DNA of 64,000 bases from Octopus vulgaris (Eukaryota): the NCBI GenBank assembly GCA_951406725.2, contig OX597823.1:9300001-9364000 (forward strand), written 5' to 3'. Under the pieces are notes generated by a model. It saw only the letters and a list, made by a program, of their open reading frames with translations. It did no database searches and had not been told where the DNA came from. Shown in pieces: positions 1-15,242 of the stretch. The translations under genes were made by a program, and so were the position numbers. The number at the start of each line of letters is the position of its first letter. Within the stretch, counting starts at the first letter, position 1.

Positions 1-295
1 CAACTCTAACACTATTGCCAACACCATCTTTGTCGATAAAGTCGTTATTATCTACATGTGATATATATTTATTTCATTTTTTTTTTCGTATTTCTCCAAC
101 GTACCTCATTGTAACAAAAATATTATTCCCTTGTCACTAATAGAACTTCAGTCATACTAAAATTGATATTCCCTACTAACAACATTGTTGTGTGTATATA
201 AAGCTGTACGCATGTGTGTGTGTGTTTTATTATGAATACATGCGCTTGTGTATGCAAAAGTAAGAAATAGGGAAGGAATAAAATAAGAGAGAATG

Positions 296-820
<525 letters not shown>

Positions 821-1220
821 CCAGAGAGAAAGAGAGAGGATGAGGAGGATACAAAGGAAGTAAGAGGGGTGCATTACAGTGGGGGAAGAAAGCGTCAGGG
901 AGCAGAAACAATTGCCAATTCATTAGGCATAATTGTAATCAATTATGGAATAATTTTGAATAAGAATGAAACATCTCGAAAAGGATTAATATTTTCTGAA
1001 TTTCGTTTTCCCTTAATTCATTGTATGGTGTGGTCGACAATTTGTCTTTTACAAAACGTAATAAGATACTCAATTACGCAGATGTATGTATCGATATGTG
1101 TAAGCGTACACGCAGACGATTTTGTAGACATACACAAAAGCACATAACTAATTGTGTATGTACACACGCACACACACACAACCCCCCCACACACACACAC
1201 ACACGCACACACATATGTAA

Positions 1221-1380
1221 GGCGCAGGTGTGGCTGTGTGGTAAAGACTTTGCTTTCCAGCCACATGGCTCCCGGTTCAGTTCCGCTGCGTAGCATCTTG
1301 GTGAAGTGTCTTGTATCATAGCATCAGGCTGATCAAAAAGCATCGTGAGTGGATTTGATGGACAGAAAGTGAAAGAAAGC
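1221..1380 (+). mobile_element. SINE family A (tRNA head + CORE-like domain), decayed 5' half
   Basis: ggcgcaggtgtggctgtgtggtaa...catcttggtgaagtgtctt...gtgagtggatttg, aligned by eye to the intact copy at 44153. Confidence 0.8.
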
Positions 1381-1454
1381 TGAGAGAAGCAAGACCTGCG
1401 AGGGATTATTTGTGTGTGCATGTGTATAATACATGTATGAGTGCGTGGATGTGA

Positions 1455-1485
<31 letters not shown>

Positions 1486-2160
1486 CGCAAATATGAGTGC
1501 ATTAGTACCTACTGTATACCCATCATCGATAAAGACTCCGTTTATTCATCTAGTACCCGCAATTGACTGCTCTGCCTTCCCAAAAATCTACACATTCTCC
1601 GCCAACCTGTAGTGTCTCTAAACAGAAAATAAGTGTTGTTACTGCAAAAGTGCTAGGCGCCCTCCACCGGGCTATCGACAACCCAGATATACAACTTTAA
1701 CATTGGATGTTGCTCAACACGGGTTGCCTTACAACCAAGAACAGGGTTCATCAACCGTAGGCCGACCCCTCAATCTAATGCATGTCCTGTAACGCACTGC
1801 ATTCACCTCCATAAAAGTGATGTGCTCCCGCAAATGCACACACACATGCACGTATCTATTTTCAAAAACATCTCTACACACATATGCACACATACGCACG
1901 CTCGCATACGTTGATATTCGTATGTTTTTTCCTGTCTTACCTCTCCAACGTTACCACCAAGCCTCAGTCCAGCTTATTCCGTCCTCACTCCACCAACAAT
2001 GCACTTTCAGCTACACTAGCGTGCATACTGACGCGCACAGACCCATACATGCATACTAGATGTTAGTGCACACGAATACAACGGGCACTAACGCATACAA
2101 CTAATAACATACGCACATCCATACACGCATATATCTGGTATCCACAAAGACAAACATTCT

Positions 2161-2386
2161 TATTTCTTTATTGCTCACAACGGGCCTAAACATAGAGAGG
2201 ACAAACAAGGACAGACAAAGGGATTAAGTCGATTACATCGAACCCAGTGCGTAACTGGTACTTAACTTATCGACCCCGAAAGGATGAAAGGCAAAGTCGA
2301 CCTCGGCGGAATTTGAACTCTGAACGTAACGGCAGGCGAAATTCCTATTTCTTTACGTTTTAACGTTTCTGCCAGCTCACCACCTT
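2161..2386 (-). mobile_element. SINE family B (tail type A), internally deleted
   Basis: Contains the reverse complement of gcctttcatcctttcggggtcgataa and the head ggtggtgagctggcagaaacg; matches the copy at 42243. Confidence 0.9.
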
Positions 2387-2747
2387 TTACACATTCATGC
2401 CGGTTTTGCTTCTGTCCACGTCCATGATCCTACAAAGATCCGCCTGACAATAAGTTGCCACCACCTTCCTCTCCATATATACAGTCCAAGAAACTCTCTT
2501 TCTAATGCATCGCGTGTCACCGGAAATGCCGATCTCATTTCTAAAATCAGCATGTGATCCGCCTTGGCTAACAGCACCCCACTTTACAGTAGCCATGTTG
2601 GACTTCCTGTAATTTTCCTTTCGGTAGCCTGAACGTGAACTAGCCTGGTTTCTGTGAGAAGCCTGCGAAATTTTTATTCGCATGGAGCCGAATCAAATTG
2701 TCTTAAATAATAAAGTTGTCAATTGTTGAACACGACTGATACTACTG

Positions 2748-2811
<64 letters not shown>

Positions 2812-2854
2812 ATAAGCCTGATGACTGCGTAACGTATAAAAGTACTGGATTTAT
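2812..2854 (+). ncRNA. Decayed type I hammerhead-like motif
   Basis: CUGAUGA (2818-2824), hairpin ugcg-uaa-cgua, AAAA instead of GAAA, palindromic AGUACU, H17=G. Lies in a short segment between (CTA)n and (TA)n. Confidence 0.3.
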
Positions 2855-2923
2855 AAAAATACATAGTGTTCTATTATCATAAATACTAAAATGTGAAAAT
2901 CCGACTAGGCTGGAATTTCATTG

Positions 2924-2987
<64 letters not shown>

Positions 2988-2993
<6 letters not shown>

Positions 2994-3832
2994 TGCAATG
3001 GGTAAATTGTCGCCATTTTATAGTTTTACTTTTGCACATGCGCATTATTTTTTTTTTATTTTGTCGACTAATCAGTATAGTAAAGCCAGCAAGGCACCAT
3101 GTGTGAGGAAAACAGCACCATGACCCAATTCACTATGTTGACAAATTTCGAAACGACATGTTTTAATGTTCGGCATTCGCACCGGCAGCTCCAATACGAA
3201 TATTTCAGAATCTTTGAGTGTGATTCTGAGGACAGTGCAATCTGAGGGCATGTACCTAAAGTGATAAAATCAAACATCCAGTCAACATCATGGTGTTTGG
3301 AGTGATCACTAGTGATAGTGAGTTTATGACACCGTTCATCTTCCCACACGGCCTCAGACTCAACACGGAGGCCTACATCAAGTGCTTCGAGGGGGTTCTG
3401 TCACCCTGGATGAAGAAGGTAGCAGCTGGAAGATTCTATGTCTGAGAACAGGGCTCTGCACTATGCCACACAAGCAAGAGAAACCATTCATGGACGTCAG
3501 ACAATTTCTCCGACCACACCACCCCTAACGTCTGGCCACCTAACTACCCAGACTGCAACCCCCTTGATCATTACTTGTGGGACGCAGTTGAGCTAGGGTC
3601 CAACACAACTCTTTGTAATACTAAAAATGAACTGAAGGCAAGGATTATAGCAGCATTCACCAACTTAATCAAAGGGAACGTCCAGAAGAGCTGCAGGAGA
3701 TTCCGAAGTCATCTTTAGCATTTCAAGATATTTTAATGCAATTTTGGTAAATATATCTGTTAAAATGAGATGTCAGTGATATTTTCCTTTTTGCATAATT
3801 TAGACGACAGATTATTCACCGCACCTTGTGTG
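2988..3832 (+). mobile_element. Internally deleted Tc1/mariner-superfamily maT (DD37D) transposon
   Basis: Degenerate TIRs (gtgtgcaatgggtaaattgtcg at ~2990; cgacagattattcaccgcaccttgt at ~3806-3830), flanked by (TA)n, with a transposase remnant inside. Confidence 0.85.
3272..3718 (+). pseudogene. maT/DD37D transposase catalytic-domain remnant
   Basis: Manual translation KHPVNIMVFGVITSD...YV*EQGSALCHTSK...WPPNYPDCNPLDHYLW...SCRRFRSHL*. There are 37 residues between the (mutated) second D position and NPLD; one internal stop. Confidence 0.9.
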
Positions 3833-3833
3833 C

Positions 3834-3904
<71 letters not shown>

Positions 3905-3969
3905 TATATACATATATATATATATATACATACATATATATATATATATACATATACATGTATATATAT

Positions 3970-4000
<31 letters not shown>

Positions 4001-4014
4001 CATATACATGTACA

Positions 4015-4079
<65 letters not shown>

Positions 4080-4344
4080 ACGTGTGTGTATTGCATTTGT
4101 GTAAAAGAAATGACTGTGTCTTCGGTATCCAACATAAACATAATCACAGTCAAACAAATAAACAAGTTTTTTCATTCAAGGCTACGATATAATTACTCAT
4201 ATTTATGGTAAAGTAGTTTGCTCCTCGTTAATTCTTTTAAAATTACATGATGTTGACCTTTTGTAGGACGTTAACATTCTGTATAATAACCGAAAAGTAC
4301 ATCTCTCTCAGCTGCTTTTCTATCTGGAGGCTATAGTAGTTTGT

Positions 4345-4731
4345 GGAGGCGCAATGGCCCAGTGGTTTGGGCAGCGGACACGCGGTCATAGGATCGCGGT
4401 TTCGATTCCCAGACCAGGCGTTGTGAGTGTTTATTGAGCGAAAATACCTAAAGCTCCACGACGCTCCGGCAGGGAATGGTGCTGATCCCTGCTGTACTCT
4501 TTCACCACAACTTTCTCTCACTCTTACTTCCTGTTTCTGTTGTACCTGTATTTCAAAGGGCCGGCCTTGTCACTCTCTGTGTCACGCTGAATATCCCCGA
4601 GAACTACGTTAAGGGTACACGTGTCTGTGGAGTGCTCAGCCACTTACACGTTAATTTCACGAGCAGGCTGTTCCGTTGATTCGGATCAACCGGAACCCTC
4701 GTCGTCGTAACCGACGGAGTGCTTCCATCCA
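4345..4731 (+). mobile_element. SINE family C, full length (tRNA-like head)
   Basis: A box tggcccagtgg, B-box-like gtttcgattccc; near-identical copies at 9685 and 33495. Confidence 0.92.
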
Positions 4732-5540
4732 TATTAGGATATATGTTGGATTAAATACACTAAATTCTTTATCATTGTATTTCGCTTCATGCATGGATTA
4801 TTGTCGAAATCCTTCGTGCCATTCCTGATGTTAGATAAACATATTTCAGGACTTCATAGCGAACTTATATTTACTGAAACGTTTTATTTCATTCTGTACT
4901 GGTTTAAAATAGGTACATTTATATTGCTTTCAGTAGAGAATTCTCTCTCTCTCTCTGTCTCTGTCTGTCTGTCTCTCTCTTCACGGTCTTGAGTTCATGC
5001 TTTAAGGTTATTAATTTCCTGTTTGCGTGTACGATCTCCGTAAATATTACCTAGATATTTTCATAACATGTAACATGTGTGTGGCAATATTATTGTACAC
5101 CTTATACCTAATGTGTTGATGTGCAAAAGTACGATTCAGCGGCGCAGGTTATAGATATATTCCACTACTTTTGTTACCTTGTAGGGTGGCATACATAGGG
5201 ATATTCGATTAACGCATGCATTGAATGTATCTCAGAGTGTTATTTTTGGAGTAATGACAACTGTAAGCACAGAAGCAATGAGAGTCCAATACGTACTTTC
5301 CTATACTTCAGAATTTATTACAGCTGTACTGTTGCTAACTTTACATTGGAATGTTTGCTTTTGTAACTATTCTATACATTCGTACTCGAACAAGTAAAAA
5401 TCACAAATGCTAAAATTCGTAAAAAGACGCATAGATACCCGCGTTTTAATTTTTAAAGAAGAAAGTATACAGAGATGATATTTATTTTAGCTTAGGGATA
5501 ATTGTACATCTTCACTCTGTGTATTTCGAGAAAGCCGCAG

Positions 5541-5684
<144 letters not shown>

Positions 5685-6121
5685 TATTGTGTGTTATCCC
5701 TTATGGGGGAGGGGCAATTAAATCTAATCTTCCTTTCCAGATTCGGGAAGCTACTATTAGAATTTTCCGAAGAATTCCAGGTATTACTCGATTATAAAAT
5801 CGTACACGGTTAGAATTTGTTCTTCTAATACAAAAAATGTATCTCCTCACAAATTATCTCCTCACATACTATTAGTCTGTTAAATAAAAATCCAATTACT
5901 AATGCTAATATTAATTTAGCTAATACTAACCATCCCCTTAGAAATATTAATAACAATGTTTTTGTCTCTGAAATCAATTCCAACAGAATCAAGCTTATAT
6001 CTAGTAATTCTAAAATTAAACACTCTATATACCAGTGTAAAATTACTTCAGGTACCGATATCTTTTTATATAGGTAGTTCTTCTCATTTATGTGAAAGAA
6101 TTTCTAATCATTACATACACA

Positions 6122-6203
<82 letters not shown>

Positions 6204-7918
6204 TATGTATGTATGTATTCGTATGCATATATCTAGAACATACGTACATTGCACAAAATATTGAAAGTAAGTTTATATGTCTGTAATTTTGTTGCAAATG
6301 TGTAAGCAATAGCATATTCTTGATCCAGAAGGTTTATGATCCAGCTCTGTATAGACTACTTTTATTTTAAACCTAGTATACCAAAGACTACTGTATATAT
6401 TGTAATATGAGAGTATGATTGTAGTATATTTTCACTCTCTAGCATGTTGGTGCACGAAATTAATGTGTGTGTGTGTCTACATTTACCAGTTGGTACGAGT
6501 GTATTTGTATGCGAGCGAGTAAATGCGAGCTTTAGTGCGTATGTGTGTGGGGGGGGGGGATAGCATATGTGTGTATTTATCGATATCCAACTTTAGTTAC
6601 CAAGTAGACACACTTTATATAATGAGAGAAAAATGCGTAAGAATTTTCTTTTTCTGGATAGTCGATTAGAAACTGACAGTTCATCGTATCAATAAAACGT
6701 TGATGACATTTCAAATTACCACTTTCTTTCCTATTTTCAAAATACCATCTCAAAGATTCAATGACGGAAATCAGAATGATGCATATGTTGGAGCCTTATA
6801 ATAACACTACATCGTTTGGTATTGTTGATATTTCCTTTTTGGAATTAGCGATGTTTGTGCCATCTTCAAATAGATCTAAATACAGTAAGATTATGCTATG
6901 TGTTAATACAGATGTCTTTCTAAAGTTTCTTGTGACTGCGTAAACTGGGCAACAGGTCGATTGACCGATATCTTGTGTTTCGATGACCCATATATAGATC
7001 ATTCATGGATCGGATATTCTCGATTATGTTTGTGTTGAAACTTATTTTCTTTACGTTGCCGAATTTGCAAAACTAAGTTTCAATCATATAATCTATAGTG
7101 ACACATGTAATTTCAACATTTGTACGTCAGTTTGTGCTCTTCACTCTTACTTCCTCTTTTTTCTGATATTTTACTATTTTGTATACGCGAATACTCTTAA
7201 ATCTATGCATTGAAATCCCTATGACCACGTGCATGCGCACACAGACACTTATAGGCAATGAAGTCGGGGAATTACTTCTACGGACTATCTTCAACAGCGA
7301 TGTTGTCTTATGGCTGTTTATTCCCCAAGTGAGGAAGATATTAAACTGCATCCAATGATGGATCTCTATTTCTAGATTTCTGCTTTAGTGAGTTACCCGT
7401 TACTCATCCTACTCCCAGATACTTTCTGACATCGTATGATAGTTCCTATTCACTGCCCCTCTTACAGGTCCATTAGCAGAAGATTATCCTGTAACTAAGA
7501 TATATGACTCGGTGGAGTACTGGACAAATGCAGGTATTACACAAAATTATCGGTTTTTGAACAAGCCTGATTAACTGTGAAGTAGGTCCTGTATCTGAAA
7601 TGAAAGCTCGGGAAAAACAAGAGACTAGCTAAGTACACTGTAGCAGAATGGCAAAAGGAAGCATCTCCCGTAAGAAAAACCACACGTCTTCAAAACTGGT
7701 CGTTAAAATACTTTGCCAGATCTTATAAAACAGGTATGGCATATAAAACAAGAGAAATATTTCACCCTAAAACCTTTTCGACAGTGCTTCTAAGCAGTGT
7801 TAATATTTAATAGTTTAAAATATATATGAAAATTCATATGACTAGCGCTTCATGGTTATTATAACTATACGTGCGTAAGTGAGTAATTCTAAAGTTGTTG
7901 TCTGCTCTTTTCTATAAG

Positions 7919-7977
<59 letters not shown>

Positions 7978-8034
7978 AAATATTAGGGAATAAATCCAAA
8001 CTTATAATTATACTAATTATCTTTCTCTAATTTA

Positions 8035-8121
<87 letters not shown>

Positions 8122-8122
8122 G

Positions 8123-8186
<64 letters not shown>

Positions 8187-8842
8187 TGTATGTATATATA
8201 TATATGTGTGTGTCTATGTATGTATACCGTAAATCCTCCAGTATAATCCGCATTTTCCCCCAAAATTTAAAGGTCGAAATCCCTAGTACGTACTATATAA
8301 GAGGTTAAAAATGAAAATTATTTTCTAAGCAATGTCCGAGTCACTATTTGCTGCCCAGCAATGTTTATTCAGACGCACTTTGTGATGTTGGGCGCGAAAA
8401 TACCTTAAGCTAAGCCTGAAAGCAATGAAGTCATAAAAGAATCATCCATAACTTGCAGTAAGCAACATTTATTGAAATAAAAGTATTCAGAATACAGAAT
8501 AACATGTAACGAAAACAATTTGCAAACATATTTACATTACCATGTAACAGTTAAGAACATAACCATTATTGTATTACGCATGCGCGGAAGTGTTTGTTCG
8601 ACTATGTGCTGCTGGCTTAATTACGCACGAATTGTGCTTAAAAAGTTTAGCGCTAAATAGTTCATCCTGCTGTTTGTATTGGCAGTTTGCATCACTACCG
8701 TGGCAAACAATAGATACTTACTTAAACACCAGTATTAAATGTTTGAACTACTGTGGGTCTTTACTAATGTTTTTTTATAAGCGGGTCTTAAACCTGTACA
8801 TTAATCTCCAATAAAACAGTTTATACATTACATACCGATAAC

Positions 8843-9223
8843 ATGCCTCGTAGATCTTATTCAGCTATGTTTAAACTTGAAGATATATCATATGCTGAAG
8901 AGCATGGTAATAGGGTCGCCGGAAGAAAATTTGATGTTGACGAAAGCAACGTGAGGTTATGGAGAAGAAATAAAGATGAAATTAAACAGATGTCAAAGAT
9001 AATGAAGGCAAGAAGGGGGGCAAAAGCCAAACATCCTGAGCTTGAAAAAATTTTGCTTGAATGGGTAGAGGAAAGAAGACTTGATGGAATAGCTATTAAT
9101 ACAGTACATTTGAGGTTACAGGCAAAACTCATTGCTAAAAAGATAAAACGTACTGAGTCAGAATTTAAAGTATCACGTGGCTGGGCCAGTAACTTAATGT
9201 CAAGGCATAAAGTCGTTCAGTAA
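8843..9223 (+). pseudogene. pogo transposase N-terminus: Brinker-type DNA-binding domain + CENP-B-type HTH (HTH_Tnp_Tc5)
   Basis: MPRRSYSAMFKL...GNRVAGRKFDVDESNVRLWR and HPELEKILLEWVEERR...FKVSRGW motifs; the DDE domain is missing downstream. Confidence 0.9.
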
Positions 9224-9229
9224 ATGTGG

Positions 9230-9527
9230 AAGGGTTCGCGCTCCCGACCTGACTTTGTTATGCAAATGGAACGTGTATGCATGGAATGAACTTGATCCCC
9301 ATATTATAGTGAAACGTTTTATCAAATGTTGTATATGGTCTGCACTGGATGGTACTAAGAATGATGTATGGAAAAATGAAATAAATGAAAGTGAATTTTC
9401 TGATGTTGATCATGAATCTGACGATGACGGGGATTTACACTACAATGATGCTGACATGTTTACGGAGGAACAAATGGAACAGTTAGTTGATGCTGAAAGT
9501 GACGTTGAATTTGAAGGATTTGAATAA
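9230..9527 (+). pseudogene. pogo transposase C-terminal remnant with acidic tail
   Basis: LCKW..AW..L....IVKRF.KCCI..ALDGT.ND..W followed by a D/E-rich tail ending EFEGFE. Confidence 0.85.
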
Positions 9528-9684
9528 ATGTTTTGCTTTTGCTTTTGTAACTGATAGTGATAAATATGTAAAGACAATTTACTTAACATTTTTTACTGAC
9601 GTTATTACTGTTATTTCTTTATTTTCTGCAAACAAAATGCCCTCAAAAGCTACACGTTTGCATTATGTTATATATACAATAATA

Positions 9685-10056
9685 GGAGGCGCAATGGCCC
9701 AGTGCTTTGGGCAGCGGACTCGCGGTTTTAGGATCACGGTTTCGATTCCCAGACCGGGCGTTGTGAGTGTTTATTGAGCGAAAACACCTAAAAGCCCCAC
9801 GAGAATCCGGCAGGGGATGGTGGTGATCCCTGCTGTTCTCTTTCACCACAACTTTCTCTCACTCGTACTTCCTCTTTCTGTTGTACCTGTATTTCAAAGG
9901 GCCGGCCTTGTCACTCTCTGTGTCACGCTGAATATCCCCGAGAACTACGTTAAGGGTGCACGTGTCTGTGAAGTGCTCAGCCATTTCATGAGCAGGCTGT
10001 TCCGTTGATTCGGATCAACCGGAACCCTCGTCGTCGTAACCGACGGAGTGCTTCCA
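9685..10056 (+). mobile_element. SINE family C nested in the pogo element
   Basis: Matches the 4345 copy; 11-bp TSD atacaataata at 9674-9684 and 10057-10067. Confidence 0.93.
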
Positions 10057-11099
10057 ATACAATAATAATAAAGGACGCTACTGTAAGCATTTTCCCAAAC
10101 CAATGACATTATATAGATCTCCTTGACTCAAGTTAGAGAAGGGGTGCGTATTATACACAAGATGAAGGTTTTTCAGAGGTACAGCCTCCTAAAAATCCCA
10201 TGCGTATTATACTCAAGGGAGGACAATACTCGATTTTTACGGTATATAGGTAGATAGATACATAAATAGATTTAGATATATATATACGCACACATATATA
10301 TATTTATATATGTCAGAGTATATATATTCGCTTATAAATATACGCGTCTTTTGATATTGTTATCAATCTAACTAAACGTATGCATGTGTTTGTGCGTTCA
10401 TATATACGTATTATGTGGATATGTATATATATATATATATATATGTATGTTTGTGTGTGTATTATACATATATATCTATTTCTCTATCGACTATATTTCT
10501 ATCTGTGCACATCCTGTACACATATATGATACTACATTTTTAAAAGTGTCGATCAAATTTAATATTAATTAAGAAAACCCCTTAACACACCCAAAGTGTT
10601 TTCGAAATTATACGTCTTATATTTGCATTCTAAATATCATTAGTACATCCATTATTCTCTAATGACAATGCTAGGCGCAAAATCTAGGTCAGCTTTCATG
10701 TAATATATACTTGTGTATATTCACAGCTAGGTATAAACGTACTTCTGGTTATTAATTAACATCAGAAGATCAGTTCAAATCTGATCTTATTATTAGTAAA
10801 GTGGAAAGGATGAAATGTAAACTTAACCGAATTTGTATTGTTTGTTAAACGATCTTGTTTTCACTTATAAAGTGTATTTAACTTCAATATCACATTGCTA
10901 ACAAAGACTAATCTTTAGGAATATCTCGCATCCCTGTGTATTAACTGTATATAACACAGGAAACTGTTTGAATCCTATATATGAGTGCCTGAATGTATTG
11001 TATACATACACACACACACATATATATATATACACATTCACACACACACAAACACATACACACACATACACACAAACACACACACAAACACATATGCCA

Positions 11100-11538
11100 G
11101 TGTTGGCTGAACTTTGTCATGTGATATACTAATAGTATCGACTATTTGATTTATAGTGAAGCGTCTGTTATCCAATACCACGTAGCTAACACAATCAATG
11201 TCTGCGTCGGTAGTGACAGGTGCTGCACGTCCAAATCTTGGGTCATCTTCAAGATACCCCCATCCTCTTCTAAATTCAGCTGCCTAGTTTTGCACTGTTG
11301 ATAAAACTGGAGCCTCATTCTCTAATGTACCAACCATGTCAGTATCAATTCTTTTGGGAGAGAAACACTTTTTGTGTAGTTACTGTATAGCATTACGATG
11401 CCAAATTTTATCCATTTTCATGAGAAGTCGTTGCTAGTTACTTTTGAAGTTTTCCTTGAACATTCAGATGTCAGCTACCTGGAAAGAAACACTACAGTTA
11501 TTAATAAGACGGGTTTAAATTTTAAGCACACCTGATTT
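11100..11538 (-). mobile_element. mariner transposon 5' remnant
   Basis: Minus strand from ATG 11415 reads MDKIWHRNAIQ*LHKK...STVQN*AAEFRRG / LEDDPRFGR...VLDNRRFTINQI, a mariner HTH region with stops and a frameshift. Confidence 0.8.
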
Positions 11539-11620
11539 CATAGCTCCTTCATAGCGTATGACTTCTTAGTTCACTATTATGCATATGTGTGTGTGCGTGT
11601 GTATGCATATGTATTTTATA

Positions 11621-11721
<101 letters not shown>

Positions 11722-11990
11722 ATAGGATGCCTGTGTGTATATCTGTATGAGTCTATAAAGCGACATATTGCATTGGTATGCAAGACTACTGCAGATGCTA
11801 GTACAAGTAATTACATTTCATTCTCTGATAAAATATTCACGGATGATACTTAAACTCGTCTCTTAATGACAACAATTGAATATCCCTTGATGCTCTATCA
11901 TCTAACAGTATAGTTTCTTCCGAATTATAACTTTCATCTTGTGATATGTGTGGCTAAATCTTCTACTTTTAATTTTGTTATTTTTAACTA

Positions 11991-12211
11991 TTTTACTCCC
12001 TTTTACTCTCTTCTACTTGTTTCAGTCATTTGACTGCTGCCATGCTGTAGCTATGCCTTTAGTCGAGCAAATCGCCCCCAGGAATTATTCTTTGTAAGCC
12101 CAGTACTTATTCTATCAGTCTCTTTTACCGAACCGCTAAGTTATGGGGACGTAAACACACCATCATCGGTTGTCAAGCGATGTTGGGGGACAAACACAGA
12201 CACACAAACAT

Positions 12212-12268
<57 letters not shown>

Positions 12269-12410
12269 CATATATACGACGGGCTTCTTTCAGTTTCCTT
12301 CTACCAAGTCCACTCACAAGACAGTTTGCCCAAGGTGCCACGCAGTGAGATTGAAACCAAAGCCATGTGGTTCGTAAGTAGGCTACTTACCACACAGCCA
12401 CTCTTACGCC
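11991..12410 (-). mobile_element. SINE family A, near full length
   Basis: Head ggcgtaagagtggctgtgtggtaag, CORE-like accttgggcaa, internal (TA)/(TG) microsatellite, taaaagag-type tail. Confidence 0.92.
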
Positions 12411-13162
12411 TTTATTATGTCAAATAAAATAATGTAATTAAATGAATATTGAAATAAACTGTTCGAATTTGATCTGGAGATTATGATCACTTGATTTAGC
12501 TTAAGAATATTTCTAATAATAAAAATAAATCCTTTTTATAATGCAGCTGGATATTATTTTATCTACATTTGGGGGGCAATGGAAAGACTAAACGGGCAGA
12601 ATGCCACATTTATTTCTAACCCTTTAAGATAGAATTGTACAGAGATGAATTTTTCTTTGATGCAGCTGGGATTGATAATCTAACAGGAAGCAATTATAAA
12701 CTCAAATCATTTCAATTGCTCGTACTCCCATATACATTTATCAAATTACAAGAAATTATTTTATCACACTGTGAAGGGAAAACTATATCGATCTGGAATA
12801 TAATTTATCTTCCTACGAAATTATGTAAGGGAACGTGTAGTGACAAAAGTACTGGACCCCTGGTCGAGGAATTAAACACCATCTATAATAGTAGATTCGC
12901 TGTAACATTTCTCACTATATTTATGACCTTGTACTAAGCTAGAAAGGTATCACATATATACAGAAGGTTTGAATTTTCATAACATAGCTACCTTCAATGT
13001 ATACCCTCTCAGTTATATTTATAGAAAATTTTGAATATAGTTTTTCCTCTTATTTATCTTTAACCCCAGGTCGCGCTCGATCGACCATTTTAAACGGTAT
13101 AATAAAAGCAAAAACGCTCAAACTTCTTATCTTACATATTGTCTTATATCTCCACCTTCTCG

Positions 13163-13174
13163 GCTACAACTACA

Positions 13175-13221
<47 letters not shown>

Positions 13222-13324
13222 CAAAACCACCACCACCACCACCACCACCACCACCACCAAACCATCACAACCACCACCACAACCACCACAACCACCACCA
13301 CCGCAACCACCACCACCACCACCG

Positions 13325-13370
<46 letters not shown>
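13163..13370. repeat. Compound trinucleotide microsatellite (CTA)n(CCA)n(CTA)n
   Basis: Visible directly. Confidence 0.95.
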
Positions 13371-13371
<1 letters not shown>

Positions 13372-15242
13372 GTAACTTCTGATTCTCAAAGCTGGTTGTC
13401 TTGTACATCTCTAACCGAGTACCCGGCTCATTTGTGTCTTCTCCTCTCGTCAGCCAAATTTTCTCCCACACACAAAGTCCTGAACATTCCAATAAGTTTA
13501 GTCTCCAATCCTCAAAACACCGTCCGTATGGAAATATTACCTTCTCTGTCCATTCTTATCGTGCAACTGTCAACTTGCATCATTTGAAGAACATTAACAT
13601 CTCAATCTCACTGCTTTCACACAGCCTACGGCGTTAAACGTCACAAGACCAATAAATAAAATTCAATAATGAAACAACGATAACTTTGTACATTCCTCCC
13701 CTTCTCAGAAGCTTGGCTGTTTATTACAACTTACAGAGGTAGATATTTAGATATCAATCTCTCAGTGTTATAGTTTAGTTTTTTCGTGTGATAAATAACT
13801 TTGAGTTTATTATTTTAGATGAGTCAAGATAGGAATTAATGAGATATTACATAGATTCACAGGGATGCTAATCTTTCGTAGATCTTAGCTATTATATAGA
13901 TTAAGATTTTAAGTATAATTTATCTGAAATTTCTCATTACTAGAAATAAATAGAGAATTATTCCTATTAGCTTCTCGTTTAACTTTCCAATTCAGCGTGG
14001 CACTAATGTGTATATATCACCAGACGGGATTAAGACTAAGTATACGAATGTTCAGCTGAAATATTATCTAGACGTTCGAATAATATGCGATGTTTTAGAA
14101 TCAGATTTGATGGTTTTCTCATTTGAGTTATATAACTAATTTGAGATGTCGTAAAAGAAAATTTAAACGACGATAAAGTTTAATGATTGAGTTTTGAAAC
14201 TTCCCCAGACAGTCGGTATTCCGTTTAAATATTCCAAGATTGACGTTGTGACTAGTCATTAAGATATTTTCTAATGAATTGATATCAGAGCTATAGACGA
14301 TCGAATTAACAGACGATCGGTAACAGAGGGATGTTTTGCAGTAAAATAGGATATCCAGATAAAGGTTTTCAAAACGAAGAAAGGCAACGCTTTCGGTCAA
14401 GATTGAAATCAATCACTTCTGATTATTAAATGCGAGAGATAACAACGTTAAAGTATCCAAATACATCATGGGTTTGATCTGAGTATTATTCAATGTTTAT
14501 TCACTTGTAACGGTAGTGTGTGCCTTTTGAGGGACACACGCTTATTATTTCTAGTTGGTGGATTCATCGATTCACCAATTTCCTCGTTGAATCTAGTCAT
14601 ATGAAGTTTCGTTGTAGAACACTTATGATATTCTTCTGCATATATCGATTGCCATACTCATTAAAGAGAATTCCAAAGTTTGACGCACCGAGTTAGATTT
14701 TATCGAGAATTTCTGCACCAAAGACATGTTTATGGCAGTTACGAAATCCCAGCCATTTTGGTGGGTGAGGAGATAAATCAATAACAAAGAATTGCGAATT
14801 TCAATGATTGATTTGAAAAAAAAAAAATTATTTTAACCAATCAGATCCGTTCATTCCCTAAAATGCCATCGTGATGATGTGGAAGAAGGCCAAAGGTTTT
14901 GTTTTTGATTTTTTCTGCTTTTGACATGCACTCAATGACACAAACACATACAAAAACACACACGCACGCAGATACAAACACACACACAAAGAACATCTTG
15001 TTTTTCAAGAAATCAGTGATAGAATAATATAAAACATTTGAAAACAAAATATTTTATGAAAGTAAATGAAATAAAACAGTAACTTAATGTTTAAATTGAA
15101 AATTCAGTGACGCAGTGCAGACACTGGCCTTAACCCTAATTCCTAACACTAAAATTCAATCCTAGCCCCAGGCACTATATTTTCAGTCTAAAAATATAGT
15201 GAATGTATCTGATTCGGCAAAATTCCAAATAATAATAATAAT

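Larger units (their letters stand above)
8227..10242 (+). mobile_element. pogo-superfamily DNA transposon, internally deleted (POGK/Passer-like), with a nested SINE
   Basis: TA|ccgtaaatcctccagtataatccgc ... gcgtattatac repeats ... gatttttacgg|TA; TA target duplication; transposase remnants inside. Confidence 0.88.

Noticed and set aside
2387-2683. 98-aa minus-strand ORF in GC-richer DNA
   Set aside because: No motif I can identify; possibly an old LINE scrap
4345-4420. tRNA-like sequence with A and B boxes
   Set aside because: Head of a repeated SINE; no complete cloverleaf
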